Source of the DNA: Pseudomonadota bacterium | GTDB lineage: Bacteria; Pseudomonadota; Alphaproteobacteria; Rhizobiales; Hyphomicrobiaceae | Length of the DNA: 48,594 nucleotides | NCBI GenBank assembly: GCA_039039985.1 | Contig: JBCCOV010000012.1 | Span: 1-48,594 of the forward strand | Reading direction: 5' to 3' | Shown here: positions 16,554-24,756 of the stretch, piece by piece | Layout: each line of letters begins with the position of its first letter | Position numbering within the stretch: position 1 is the stretch's first letter | Notes under the pieces: model-generated | Databases searched by the model: none | What the model saw: the letters and a program-made list of their open reading frames with translations, nothing else | Told to the model about the DNA's origin: nothing | Translations under genes and position numbers: made by a program

Positions 16554-16737
16554 AGCGAACGCCTCCGTTCCAGTGTGCAGATCGCGGCACCCCACAGTAC
16601 TCCCCACCGCGCACCTTTGCGTAAGCACATCTTATACACAAACGAAAATATATTCAATTTCCTAATTCAAGGTGTGGGCCTATGTTCACTGCATACCGCC
16701 CAGAGAAGAGCGGTCATGAGCCAAGGAGCAATCCGCC

Positions 16738-17016
16738 ATGTTGACGAAAACGATCCATTCGCAATCCACCGACACCAGCAATCACACGTCACCGGCCAAA
16801 CAGCTCTCAAAAGCATTTCAGTGGGTCAGATATGCACTCCAGATTCGCCGGGAGCGCCAGTCGTTGGCCGCGCTGGATGAGCGGATCCTCAAAGATATCG
16901 GTCTGTCCAAGTCTATGGCATTCCGCGAGAGTACACGCGGCTTCTTCGACACACCCGACGCCGGTCGCAAGACGCAGGCGCGTGTACGTCGGTTCCGGTC
17001 ACGCGATCTCGGATAG
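16738..17016 (+). CDS. DUF1127-domain small protein
   Basis: It contains the hallmark ...RERQSLAALDERILKDIGLSKSMAFRES, i.e. the LxxLDDRxLKDIGLSR motif of DUF1127. An AAGGAG SD lies 10 nt upstream of the ATG. Confidence 0.7.
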   Translation: MLTKTIHSQSTDTSNHTSPAKQLSKAFQWVRYALQIRRERQSLAALDERILKDIGLSKSMAFRESTRGFFDTPDAGRKTQARVRRFRSRDLG

Positions 17017-17103
17017 CATCAGGGTCCGGGAACGCGTCGCGCGCGGAGCTCTCCCTGGGCTCCGCGCGCCATCTATCGCGTGCGCCGCGTCAGGTGATCG
17101 ATT

Positions 17104-17499
17104 TTACACGCGCGGCAAGTCGTTGAGATAGGGCTGCCCAGTCTCAGATCGACCAAAAGCCTCAGAGCGACGCAACGTCTCAGACTGACGCAACCGCCTT
17201 GCGCCACCGATAGCCCGAACGTCATCGAACGACAGCCTTTGCGCCCACCACAAATCATACTGGAACTGCAAACCAAGCCAGTAGTGCACGCCCAACCCAA
17301 GCGCACGATCCAGCCGTGCGGCGAGCTCTGCCGTTATCGTCCGACGCTCCAGTAGCAACTCAGACAGTCGCCGCCGCGACACACCGAGCTGCGCAGCAAA
17401 TTCGCGCCGCGTCATTTTAAGCTGAGGGAGAATGTCCTCTCTCAGTATTTCTCCGGGATGGGGCGGAGCTGAATAACGATCATAGAGATCTTTGTGCAT
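17104..17499 (-). CDS. HigA-like XRE-family HTH regulator (antitoxin-type), no cognate toxin gene found
   Basis: From the internal ATG it reads MHKDLYDRYSAPPHPGEILREDILPQLKMTRREFAAQLGVSRRRLSELLLERRTITAELAARLDRALG. This is the canonical HigA/VapI-type N-terminus (PPHPGEIL...EDxL) plus an HTH. It has a 40-aa C-terminal tail. No HigB-like ORF is present in the AT-rich 190 bp upstream. Confidence 0.65.
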   Translation of the reverse strand: MHKDLYDRYSAPPHPGEILREDILPQLKMTRREFAAQLGVSRRRLSELLLERRTITAELAARLDRALGLGVHYWLGLQFQYDLWWAQRLSFDDVRAIGGARRLRQSETLRRSEAFGRSETGQPYLNDLPRV

Positions 17500-17688
17500 A
17501 AGCCGTGTTCTCTTTTTTTGTATTTTGATTTCGCACAAACGCTCGAATTTCTCTTAATAAAATAAGACAGTTTAATGACAAATGCAAATCGCCAGTTTGC
17601 AATGGTCATCTGTGCACCTCCTTGCCTCCGCCAGGGCAAGTTGCCAAACTTCCGACCACAAGACGAAAGTTTGCGGAGGAAACGTGAC

Positions 17689-18462
17689 ATGCGCGCATCC
17701 GAACTGCGGGATCAGGTTCGCGCCGGCGCAACCGTAGCCGGCGGTATGGTCTTCGAGTTCTTCTCCCCCGGCGTCGCACAGCTGCTGCAGTTGGCTGGCT
17801 GTCGGTTTGTAATCTACGACATGGAACATACGGGCATCGGCCTTGAGACCATAAAATGGCAGGTTTCGGCATGTCGCGGCCTTGATATTGTTCCGATGGT
17901 GCGCGTCCCACGTGGGGAGTATGCGTTCCTGGCTGGGGCGCTGGACGTCGGCGTGAAAGGCGTCATGATCCCCATGGTAGAGAGCGCCGATCAGGCGCGC
18001 GCGATTGCGGAAGCGACCCATTATCCTCCGCATGGTCGGCGGGGCGCTGCGTTCGGTTTCGCGCATGATGACTACACGCCAGGGCCGCCCGCGACGAAGA
18101 TCTCAAATGCTCAGGCAGAAACACTCGTTATCGCTCAAATCGAAACAGAGCGCGGTCTTGAAAATGTCGATGATATTGCGTCCGTCGACGGAATTGACGT
18201 TTTATGGGTTGGCCATTTTGACCTCACCAATTTTCTCGGCATTCCCGGCGATTTTGAATCTCCAAACTATAGACAAGCATTGGAGCGTGTTGTCGCAGCG
18301 GGCAAAAAGCACGGCAAAGGTCTTGGCTTCATGGCCGCGGATGGCACGTGGGCGAAGGACTACCGCGCACTTGGATTCAACATGCTCGCGGCCGGGCCGG
18401 AACACCAGCTTATGGCCCGCGGCATGGCTGATATTGTCGCAACCGCGGAGGCCTCATCATGA
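17689..18462 (+). CDS. HpcH/HpaI-family aldolase (2-keto-3-deoxy-sugar-acid aldolase / citrate-lyase beta-like)
   Basis: It reads MRASELRDQVRAGATVAGGMVFEFFSPGVAQLLQLAGCRFVIYDMEHTG...MVRVP...VKGVMIPMVESADQARAI, which is the HpcH/HpaI TIM-barrel pattern. A GGAGGA SD lies 10 nt upstream of ATG 17689. Confidence 0.75.
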   Translation: MRASELRDQVRAGATVAGGMVFEFFSPGVAQLLQLAGCRFVIYDMEHTGIGLETIKWQVSACRGLDIVPMVRVPRGEYAFLAGALDVGVKGVMIPMVESADQARAIAEATHYPPHGRRGAAFGFAHDDYTPGPPATKISNAQAETLVIAQIETERGLENVDDIASVDGIDVLWVGHFDLTNFLGIPGDFESPNYRQALERVVAAGKKHGKGLGFMAADGTWAKDYRALGFNMLAAGPEHQLMARGMADIVATAEASS

Positions 18463-19466
18463 GCTTCAAGGTTGGCGTGACACGCGATCTTCTCACAGCA
18501 AGCGGCGACCCATGCTTCAATCCGGCCGCGTTCGAGGAACTTGCCAGAAACCCTGACATTGACTGGACATGGTTGCCGGACAACATCCCGGAAATCACGC
18601 CGGACATCGCCGCCGAGTATGACGGGTTGCACATCAACCTACCACGGATCACCAAGGCCACGCTGGCCCGCGATAATTGCCGTGTGCGCGTCATTGCCCG
18701 GAACGGCGTCGGTTACGACACTGTCGACCTTGAGGCGGCGACGCGCCGCAACATTGTCGTCACCAACACGCCTCTGGCTGTTCGGCGCCCGGTCGCCGTC
18801 GCGACGTTGACGCTCATCTTCGCGCTTGCCGGTCGCTTGTTCGAGAAGGACCGCATTGTCCGGCAGGGACGATGGAACGATCGCGTCGAGTTCATGGGGA
18901 CCGGGCTGACGACCAGAACGCTCGGCTTGGTGGGCGCAGGCAGTATCGGCCGCGAGATCATCAAACTGGCTCAGCCGTTCTTCGGAACCGTGCTGGCGTT
19001 CGATCCGTTCGTCGATGCGGACACCATTGCCGCTTCCGGCGGCACCAAAACGGAGTTTGAGCACCTACTCGCGGAGTCGGACTTCGTGGTCGCATGCTGC
19101 CTACTCACCGATGAAACGCGCCATCTTATCAATGCCGACGCGTTTGCGCGCATGAAGCCAACCGCGCGCTTCATCAATATGGCGCGGGGGCCCGTTCATG
19201 ATGAGACAGCCCTCGCAGCAGCGCTTCAATCCGGCCAAATCGCCGCTGCTGGACTGGACGTCACGGAGAACGAGCCTATCGCGAGTGACAGTCCGTTGCT
19301 TGCGATGGACAACGTGATCATTACCCCGCACGCGCTTTGCTGGACAGACGAATGCTTCGAAGACATTGCGCGCACCGCCTTGCGATCAATCGTCGACGTG
19401 TCACTCGGGATCCGTCCTAGGCATGTGGTGAACGAAGACGCCGCACATGCATTGAAAGCCCCATAA
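18459..19466 (+). CDS. D-isomer-specific 2-hydroxyacid dehydrogenase (NAD-binding) family protein
   Basis: It has the NAD-binding motif GLVGAGSIGREI and the catalytic triad region (...RGPVHDETAL...ITPHAL). It shares an ATGA overlap with the aldolase stop. Confidence 0.8.
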   Translation: MSFKVGVTRDLLTASGDPCFNPAAFEELARNPDIDWTWLPDNIPEITPDIAAEYDGLHINLPRITKATLARDNCRVRVIARNGVGYDTVDLEAATRRNIVVTNTPLAVRRPVAVATLTLIFALAGRLFEKDRIVRQGRWNDRVEFMGTGLTTRTLGLVGAGSIGREIIKLAQPFFGTVLAFDPFVDADTIAASGGTKTEFEHLLAESDFVVACCLLTDETRHLINADAFARMKPTARFINMARGPVHDETALAAALQSGQIAAAGLDVTENEPIASDSPLLAMDNVIITPHALCWTDECFEDIARTALRSIVDVSLGIRPRHVVNEDAAHALKAP

Positions 19467-19503
19467 AGCCTCGCGTCTGGAAGCGTGGGGAATGTATCCG
19501 TAG

Positions 19504-20460
19504 CTAGTCTCCGCCGTCGTCATTCACATTGTTTGTTCCGAACGCCGGCCCGCCGGAAACGGTCTCACCGGCCGATCGCTCCGAAACGCCAAGGGCGTCG
19601 GCGAGGCGGTGCGTCGCGCTCCCGGGTTTGAGCGGCTGCGGCTGATCCGGGTGTGGCGACCATCCCGTCATCGTGATGATTTCAAACGTTGCATAGACAC
19701 GACCGTCCGCCCCGGTGAATCGGTCCTGATAAACCTCGACGGCCCGCATCAGCAGCTCACGGGACATCGGCACGCGACTGCGATCCGCCAGGCAGTTGCT
19801 TGCGCCCATCGCTTTGAGGTCTCGCATGAGATCGAGTGGCGTAGCATAGGTGACGCGGATCTGATCCACGTCTGTGACCGGCAATGTGAACCCGGCCCGC
19901 TGCAACAGGCCGCCAAGCGCGCGCACGTCGACTCGCGGCGCAACGCGCGGGGAAGCACCACCTCGGATGTCGGCCTCCGCGATCGCAAACGCCTCTGCAA
20001 GCTCAAACAGGGTATCGCCGCCTGTCATCGCGCCGAGAAAGAATCCGTCCGGCCGCAACGCACGACGGATTTGCATCAACGCCCCTGGGAGATCGTTCAC
20101 AAACTGCAGCGTGAGTGGTGCGACAATGCAGTCGACCGAGGCCGTGTCGAACGGCAAAACCTCCTCGTCGACACACATGGCGGGGCCGTCGCACAAGCGA
20201 CACATCGCGTGCGACATATCCGTCTCGGTAACCGACGCACCCGGCAAAGCCGTGCGAAGCGCACGACCTGGCGCCCCGTGGTGTGCGCCAAGGCAAACGA
20301 CATCGTCAAAGCTTCGGCGAACGATCCCCAGCCGATCAACAACGTCGTCCATGACGCGATCGAGCAGGAACGCACACGACGCGATCTGCCCTGCCGCGCG
20401 GTCGCGGTGGGCCGTCAGCAAACTGCGATCAAAAACAACCGTTGGCGCCATGGATGTCAT
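19504..20460 (-). CDS. class I SAM-dependent methyltransferase
   Basis: It has a SAM-binding motif I region (VVCLGAHHGAPG) and a methyltransferase fold. It sits divergent from comF, as in other Rhizobiales. Confidence 0.65.
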   Translation of the reverse strand: MTSMAPTVVFDRSLLTAHRDRAAGQIASCAFLLDRVMDDVVDRLGIVRRSFDDVVCLGAHHGAPGRALRTALPGASVTETDMSHAMCRLCDGPAMCVDEEVLPFDTASVDCIVAPLTLQFVNDLPGALMQIRRALRPDGFFLGAMTGGDTLFELAEAFAIAEADIRGGASPRVAPRVDVRALGGLLQRAGFTLPVTDVDQIRVTYATPLDLMRDLKAMGASNCLADRSRVPMSRELLMRAVEVYQDRFTGADGRVYATFEIITMTGWSPHPDQPQPLKPGSATHRLADALGVSERSAGETVSGGPAFGTNNVNDDGGD

Positions 20461-20515
20461 TTAAATCGTCTTTCGCCGCGCGTCACCACTGGCGGAAACG
20501 GAATATAGACGTACA

Positions 20516-21367
20516 ATGACAATTGCAGCGGCCGCACCGACGACTAACGACAGGACACCAATGGTGGATTGCGAGCAGGTTTCAAAAGCGACAGACCGAC
20601 CATCAGGAATTGCAGCAATACATCACGCGCTTAAGGTGATGGTCGACTGGCTGACGGACCAAGTCATGCCGCCCAGCTGTGTCAGCTGTCAGAAGCCGAT
20701 TGCACGAGATAATGCCCTGTGCGCCCACTGCTGGCGAGAGGTTCGGTTCATTTGTCCGCCCGTCTGCGATCGCCTGGGCCTTCCCATGCCCTATGATACT
20801 GGCGAGCGCACCATATCTGCCGAAGGTATCGCCAATCCGCCCGACTTTGATCGCGCCCGAGCTGTCGCGCACCACGCAGGTCTCATGCGCCGTCTGATTG
20901 CCGGCTTCAAGTATGCGGACAAGCAGAACGCACGCTTGCTCTTGACCGGATGGCTGATAAACGCCGGCGCAGAACTGCTGGAGGACGCAGACCTGATTGT
21001 CCCGGTCCCCCTGCACAGATGGCGACTGATCGAACGGCGCTACAATCAATCAGCCATTCTGGCCAAGGCTATTGGCCAGGCCACAAGCAAACCTGTGGCC
21101 TATCACCTGCTCCAGCGTCCGCGGAAGACAACGCGTCAAGTCGGCTTGCGCGGCGCAGAACGGCGGAAAACACCGCGTGGCGCATTCTCGGTCAACGCGC
21201 GTCATCGCATCGACGTAAAAGGCCGCCGCATTCTCGTAGTCGACGATGTCATTACGACCGGATCAACCGTAAACGCCTGCGCGCGTGCTCTGAAAGCTGC
21301 CGGAGCGAAGCAGGTCGATGTTCTTGCTTTGTCTATCGCGACGAATCAAGCTCACGATTTCGCGTGA
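20516..21367 (+). CDS. comF: ComF-family protein (double zinc-ribbon + phosphoribosyltransferase domain)
   Basis: The N-terminus has CxxC...CxxC (CVSCQKP...CAHCW). The C-terminal PRTase motif is ILVVDDVITTGSTV. The N-terminal ~40 aa are uncertain. Confidence 0.75.
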   Translation: MTIAAAAPTTNDRTPMVDCEQVSKATDRPSGIAAIHHALKVMVDWLTDQVMPPSCVSCQKPIARDNALCAHCWREVRFICPPVCDRLGLPMPYDTGERTISAEGIANPPDFDRARAVAHHAGLMRRLIAGFKYADKQNARLLLTGWLINAGAELLEDADLIVPVPLHRWRLIERRYNQSAILAKAIGQATSKPVAYHLLQRPRKTTRQVGLRGAERRKTPRGAFSVNARHRIDVKGRRILVVDDVITTGSTVNACARALKAAGAKQVDVLALSIATNQAHDFA

Positions 21368-21617
21368 ATGTCAGAGTGCGAACACCCGAACCTTTCGTCA
21401 GCTCACCGCGCAACGGCGTATTCCGGCAATTCGCCTGTGTCGTTGTCCGATCAAGAGCCATAGCTGCGGCGATCGTCACACCCAGCGACGCCTGAAATGA
21501 CCGCTCTGCCGCATGTGAACACTTTGAATTCGTTGCAAGTCATCATATTTTAGCAGTCCAGAGTTCAGACTGCCAACGCATGCGCGGTCGGGCGATTTCC
21601 AGGGATTGCAGACAACA

Positions 21618-21884
21618 ATGCTGCCGGTGACCATCTATACGACGATACTCTGTCCCTACTGCCACCGGGCAAAGCGCCTGCTGTCGCAGAAAGGCGTTGC
21701 GTTCGAGGAAATCAACGTCAGCCGGAGTTCCGACCGAGAGGCGATGACGCGCCGCGCTGGCGGGCGCAGAACCGTGCCTCAGATATTCATTGGAGAGCAC
21801 CATATTGGCGGGTGCGACGAACTCCACGCACTTGAGCGCGACGGCAAACTCGATGCCGTACTAAGCGGCAGTGCGGCCCCATGA
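21618..21884 (+). CDS. grxC: glutaredoxin 3
   Basis: It reads MLPVTIYTTILCPYCHRAKRLLSQKGVAFEEINV...RRTVPQIFIGEHHIGGCDELHALERDGKLDAVL, with the CPYC active site. The track ORF begins at an upstream TTG at 21606. Confidence 0.85.
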   Translation: MLPVTIYTTILCPYCHRAKRLLSQKGVAFEEINVSRSSDREAMTRRAGGRRTVPQIFIGEHHIGGCDELHALERDGKLDAVLSGSAAP

Positions 21885-22792
21885 GCGATCGGACGGAACA
21901 TCCAGCGACCTTTCGTGCCGCACTCATACAAATGTGCACGAGCCGCGATCTCGATGAGAACGTCGCCACAGCGACGGCTCTGATCAAGCAAGCAGCTGCA
22001 GACGGCGCAAACTACATCCAGACCCCTGAAGTCACGACGCTGATGGAAATGCGCAGCGCCGATCTCTTTGAAAAGACGCCTTGGGCTGACAACAATGAGC
22101 CGGCCTTCGCGTTCGCATCGCTTGCGCAGACTCTCGGCATTTGGCTTCACATCGGATCGATGGGAGTCCGCGTGTCAAACGACAGGATTGCGAACCGGTC
22201 GTTCCTGTTCTCGCCGGCGGGTGAAATCGCCGCGAGCTACGACAAGATCCATATGTTCGACGTGACACTCGGCAACGGCGAACGCTATCGCGAGAGCAAG
22301 AATTACCAGCCGGGGACCACACCGGTCGTCGCTCGTATTCCCTGGGGCCGGATGGGCCTCACGATCTGTTATGACTTGCGATTTCCGGGTCTGTACGAAG
22401 AGCTGGCTCGTGCCGAAACAGAGATGCTGGCCATTCCGTCAGCCTTCACAATCCCAACCGGTAGAGCGCACTGGGAGGCGCTACTGCGCGCCCGCGCCAT
22501 AGAAACGCAGTGTTTCGTCTTTGCGGCTGCCCAGGCTGGCGAGCACGCGTGTGGGCGATCCACTTACGGTCACAGCTTGATCATATCCCCGTGGGGAGAA
22601 ATCTTGGCCGAGGGTGGAGAGAGTGCACCGGAAATCGTCACCGCGGACATTGCCATGAGCGACATCGCGGAAGCGCGACGCAAAGTCCCGGCGCTTGGTC
22701 ATCGCCGCGCATTCGAAGGTGTTTCGGAGCAGGGCCAAGCACCGACGACAACGGCCCGTCCGGACGCCGACACAGCGGAAGATGCAGCATGA
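21881..22792 (+). CDS. carbon-nitrogen hydrolase (nitrilase superfamily) protein
   Basis: It has the catalytic E-K-C triad context (...ALIQM...YDKIHMFDV...GLTICYDLRFP...). It shares an ATGA overlap with the grxC stop. Confidence 0.8.
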   Translation: MSDRTEHPATFRAALIQMCTSRDLDENVATATALIKQAAADGANYIQTPEVTTLMEMRSADLFEKTPWADNNEPAFAFASLAQTLGIWLHIGSMGVRVSNDRIANRSFLFSPAGEIAASYDKIHMFDVTLGNGERYRESKNYQPGTTPVVARIPWGRMGLTICYDLRFPGLYEELARAETEMLAIPSAFTIPTGRAHWEALLRARAIETQCFVFAAAQAGEHACGRSTYGHSLIISPWGEILAEGGESAPEIVTADIAMSDIAEARRKVPALGHRRAFEGVSEQGQAPTTTARPDADTAEDAA

Positions 22793-23298
22793 TCAGGTAT
22801 CAACTCATTTGCGACGAGGAGCACACCTTCGAGTCCTGGTTTGCGAACAGCGCAGCCTTCGACTCGCTGTCCGACCTTGGCGAGATCACCTGTCCGATCT
22901 GTGGGAGCACGCAGGTTCGTAAGGCCATCATGGCGCCAAACGTATCACCGCGGACGCGCCAGAAGTCTTCCGACGATGCGCCGCGTCCAGCGTCCTCCAC
23001 CAGCTCTGAAGTCGCAACGATTGCGGACTCGGACGCGCCCGTCGACGTGTCCAACAACAGCGACGCCGCAGCCCAGGTGGCGCAGTTGGTTGAAGCGATC
23101 CGCCAGGTCCGGGACGAAGTGCTCGCGAAATCGGAGAATGTCGGCTCTCGCTTTGCGGAAGAAGCGCGCAAGATCCACTTTGAGGAAGTGGAACCGCGTG
23201 CAATCTACGGTCAGGCAACGTCCGAAGAGGCACGCGATCTTGTGGAAGACGGCGTCGACTTCTATGCACTGCCGACGCTGCCTGAAGACCGCAATTAG
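22789..23298 (+). CDS. DUF1178-family zinc-ribbon protein
   Basis: It reads MIRYQLICDEEHTFESWFANSAAFDSLSDLGEITCPICGSTQVRKAIMAPNV... followed by an acidic, low-complexity C-terminal half. Its ATG overlaps the nitrilase TGA. The track ORF 22510 is the same frame read through from the upstream gene. Confidence 0.6.
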   Translation: MIRYQLICDEEHTFESWFANSAAFDSLSDLGEITCPICGSTQVRKAIMAPNVSPRTRQKSSDDAPRPASSTSSEVATIADSDAPVDVSNNSDAAAQVAQLVEAIRQVRDEVLAKSENVGSRFAEEARKIHFEEVEPRAIYGQATSEEARDLVEDGVDFYALPTLPEDRN

Positions 23299-23347
23299 AG
23301 TGTTTCGGGTTGAGCTGGAGCCGTCCCACACCAGTATTAACGCTCTT

Positions 23348-23393
23348 CTTGGCCGGCCACCCAACCGCACGATCAAATGGGTGGCCGGCCAAG
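23348..23393. terminator. 16-bp perfect hairpin CTTGGCCGGCCACCCA-(14)-TGGGTGGCCGGCCAAG between convergent genes (bidirectional terminator candidate)
   Basis: The 16-bp GC-rich arms are perfectly complementary with a 14-nt loop. It lies 50 bp after the DUF1178 stop and 58 bp after the convergent DUF1127 stop. Confidence 0.5.
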
Positions 23394-23450
23394 TTGAATC
23401 GAACATGCGGTATGGGACGGCGAAGCGATTGCGCCTATGGCAGAGAGGAT

Positions 23451-23768
23451 CTAGCCCCGGCGAATCTGTGCTCCGTTCCGCGTTGGACGCCAACCCAGCG
23501 ATCGCAAACGTCGGGATACTTCCAGCTCCATTGTCGGGTCGTGGCCCAGTGGCGCGAGTAATGCCCGGTCGACATCACTGCGCGTCAAGCCGATGTCGGC
23601 TAACGCCCGATCATCCAGCCGCCGCAACTTCGACAGACTTCGACGTTTGGCAATTGCCGCAGCCAAACGACGGGCCCACGCAAAGACCGGCCATGCAGAC
23701 GTGGAACGCTCCGTCAGTTGACGCTCGACGTTCTCCTTGCCGCTGCCCTCACAATATGCATGCATCAT
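23451..23768 (-). CDS. DUF1127-domain small protein (second copy)
   Basis: It reads ...KRRSLSKLRRLDDRALADIGLTRSDVDRAL. The start is placed at the ATG preceded by the AGAGAGGTGA SD; the track ORF starts 11 codons earlier. It has a 45-aa C-terminal tail beyond the domain. Confidence 0.65.
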   Translation of the reverse strand: MMHAYCEGSGKENVERQLTERSTSAWPVFAWARRLAAAIAKRRSLSKLRRLDDRALADIGLTRSDVDRALLAPLGHDPTMELEVSRRLRSLGWRPTRNGAQIRRG

Positions 23769-23851
23769 GATTGTCACCTCTCTGGGATCTGCCGCTGACA
23801 ACCGGTGGATCGCGTTGACGGCGGCGATGCCTAGTCATCGCAAATCCCTCC

Positions 23852-23911
23852 TGACAGCGTGGTGTCACCAGTAGACACCGGACATCTGGTGCTCCTGCCA
23901 CCGTGGTGTCA
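23852..23911. promoter_or_regulatory. operator-like repeats in the DUF1127/yafY divergent intergenic region: palindrome TGACA-N6-TGTCA and direct repeat CGTGGTGTCA x2
   Basis: The 10-mer CGTGGTGTCA occurs at 23858-23867 and 23902-23911. The first copy completes the palindrome CTGACAGCGTGGTGTCA. Confidence 0.3.
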
Positions 23912-23951
23912 GGAGTGTTATGTTGGAGGGGCTGACGGGTGGGGCGAGACG

Positions 23952-24725
23952 ATGCGACGTGCAGACAGGCTCTTTTCAATCATCCAGATCATGCGGCAAT
24001 CGAAACTTGTCCGCGCGCGGGATCTTGCAGAACGTCTCGAGATCTCTGAGCGGACGGTTTATCGAGACATCCAGGATCTGATCGCAAGCGGTGTTCCCAT
24101 AGAAGGAGAGGCCGGCGTCGGCTACGTCATGCGAGCCGGTTTCGATCTGCCACCCATCATGTTTACCGAGACCGAAGTTGAAGCCTTGCTTCTGGGCGCG
24201 CGGATTGTCGAAAGTTCCAGTGACGCCGAACTTGCGCGCGCGTCCTGCAGTGCGATTGCCAAAGTCGAAGCCGTTCTGCCGCCGCCGTTGCGCGATTACA
24301 TGGAAAAGACGGCACTGCTCGCACCCAGCGACCGGATTGAAGCACCGATCCCCTTCGACATCGCAGATGTGCGCCATGCGCTGCGGGGACAAAACAAGAT
24401 ACGATTTACATACACCGACGGAATTGGCGCCGGCACGTGCCGTACCGTTCGACCCCTATCGCTCGCCTATTTTGGCGCCATCTGGTTGCTTGCGGCCTGG
24501 TGTGAACTCCGCGAGGATTTTCGCGTCTTCCGCCTGGATCGTATGGCGAACTTTGAGTCGCTGGACGATGTGTTCCGGCACGAACCCGGACGAACACTCA
24601 GCGATTTCCTGTCCCGCGAGGAGACGTGGCGCCGCGGCAAGCGGCCGACCAATGATCCTTACCTGCTGCCCCGGCACGAGAGCACTTGGGCCGAACCGAG
24701 CAAGCCACAAACTGATGATGAGTAA
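23952..24725 (+). CDS. YafY-family transcriptional regulator (N-terminal HTH + WYL ligand-sensing domain)
   Basis: It reads MRRADRLFSIIQIMRQSKLVRARDLAERLEISERTVYRDIQDLIASGVPIEGEAGVGY..., a DeoR-like HTH, followed by a WYL domain (...RFTYTDGIGAGTCRTVRPLSLAYFGAIWLLAAWCELREDFRVFRLDRM). Confidence 0.8.
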   Translation: MRRADRLFSIIQIMRQSKLVRARDLAERLEISERTVYRDIQDLIASGVPIEGEAGVGYVMRAGFDLPPIMFTETEVEALLLGARIVESSSDAELARASCSAIAKVEAVLPPPLRDYMEKTALLAPSDRIEAPIPFDIADVRHALRGQNKIRFTYTDGIGAGTCRTVRPLSLAYFGAIWLLAAWCELREDFRVFRLDRMANFESLDDVFRHEPGRTLSDFLSREETWRRGKRPTNDPYLLPRHESTWAEPSKPQTDDE

Positions 24726-24756
24726 GGAACGGCAGACGACTATGGATCCAACGCTG

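Noticed and set aside
17442-17690. 82-aa ORF upstream of the HigA-like gene, examined as a possible HigB toxin
   Set aside because: No similarity to HigB/RelE folds (no conserved catalytic H/R/Y pattern). It is AT-rich, lysine-rich low complexity, overlaps the HigA start by 58 nt and lacks an RBS.
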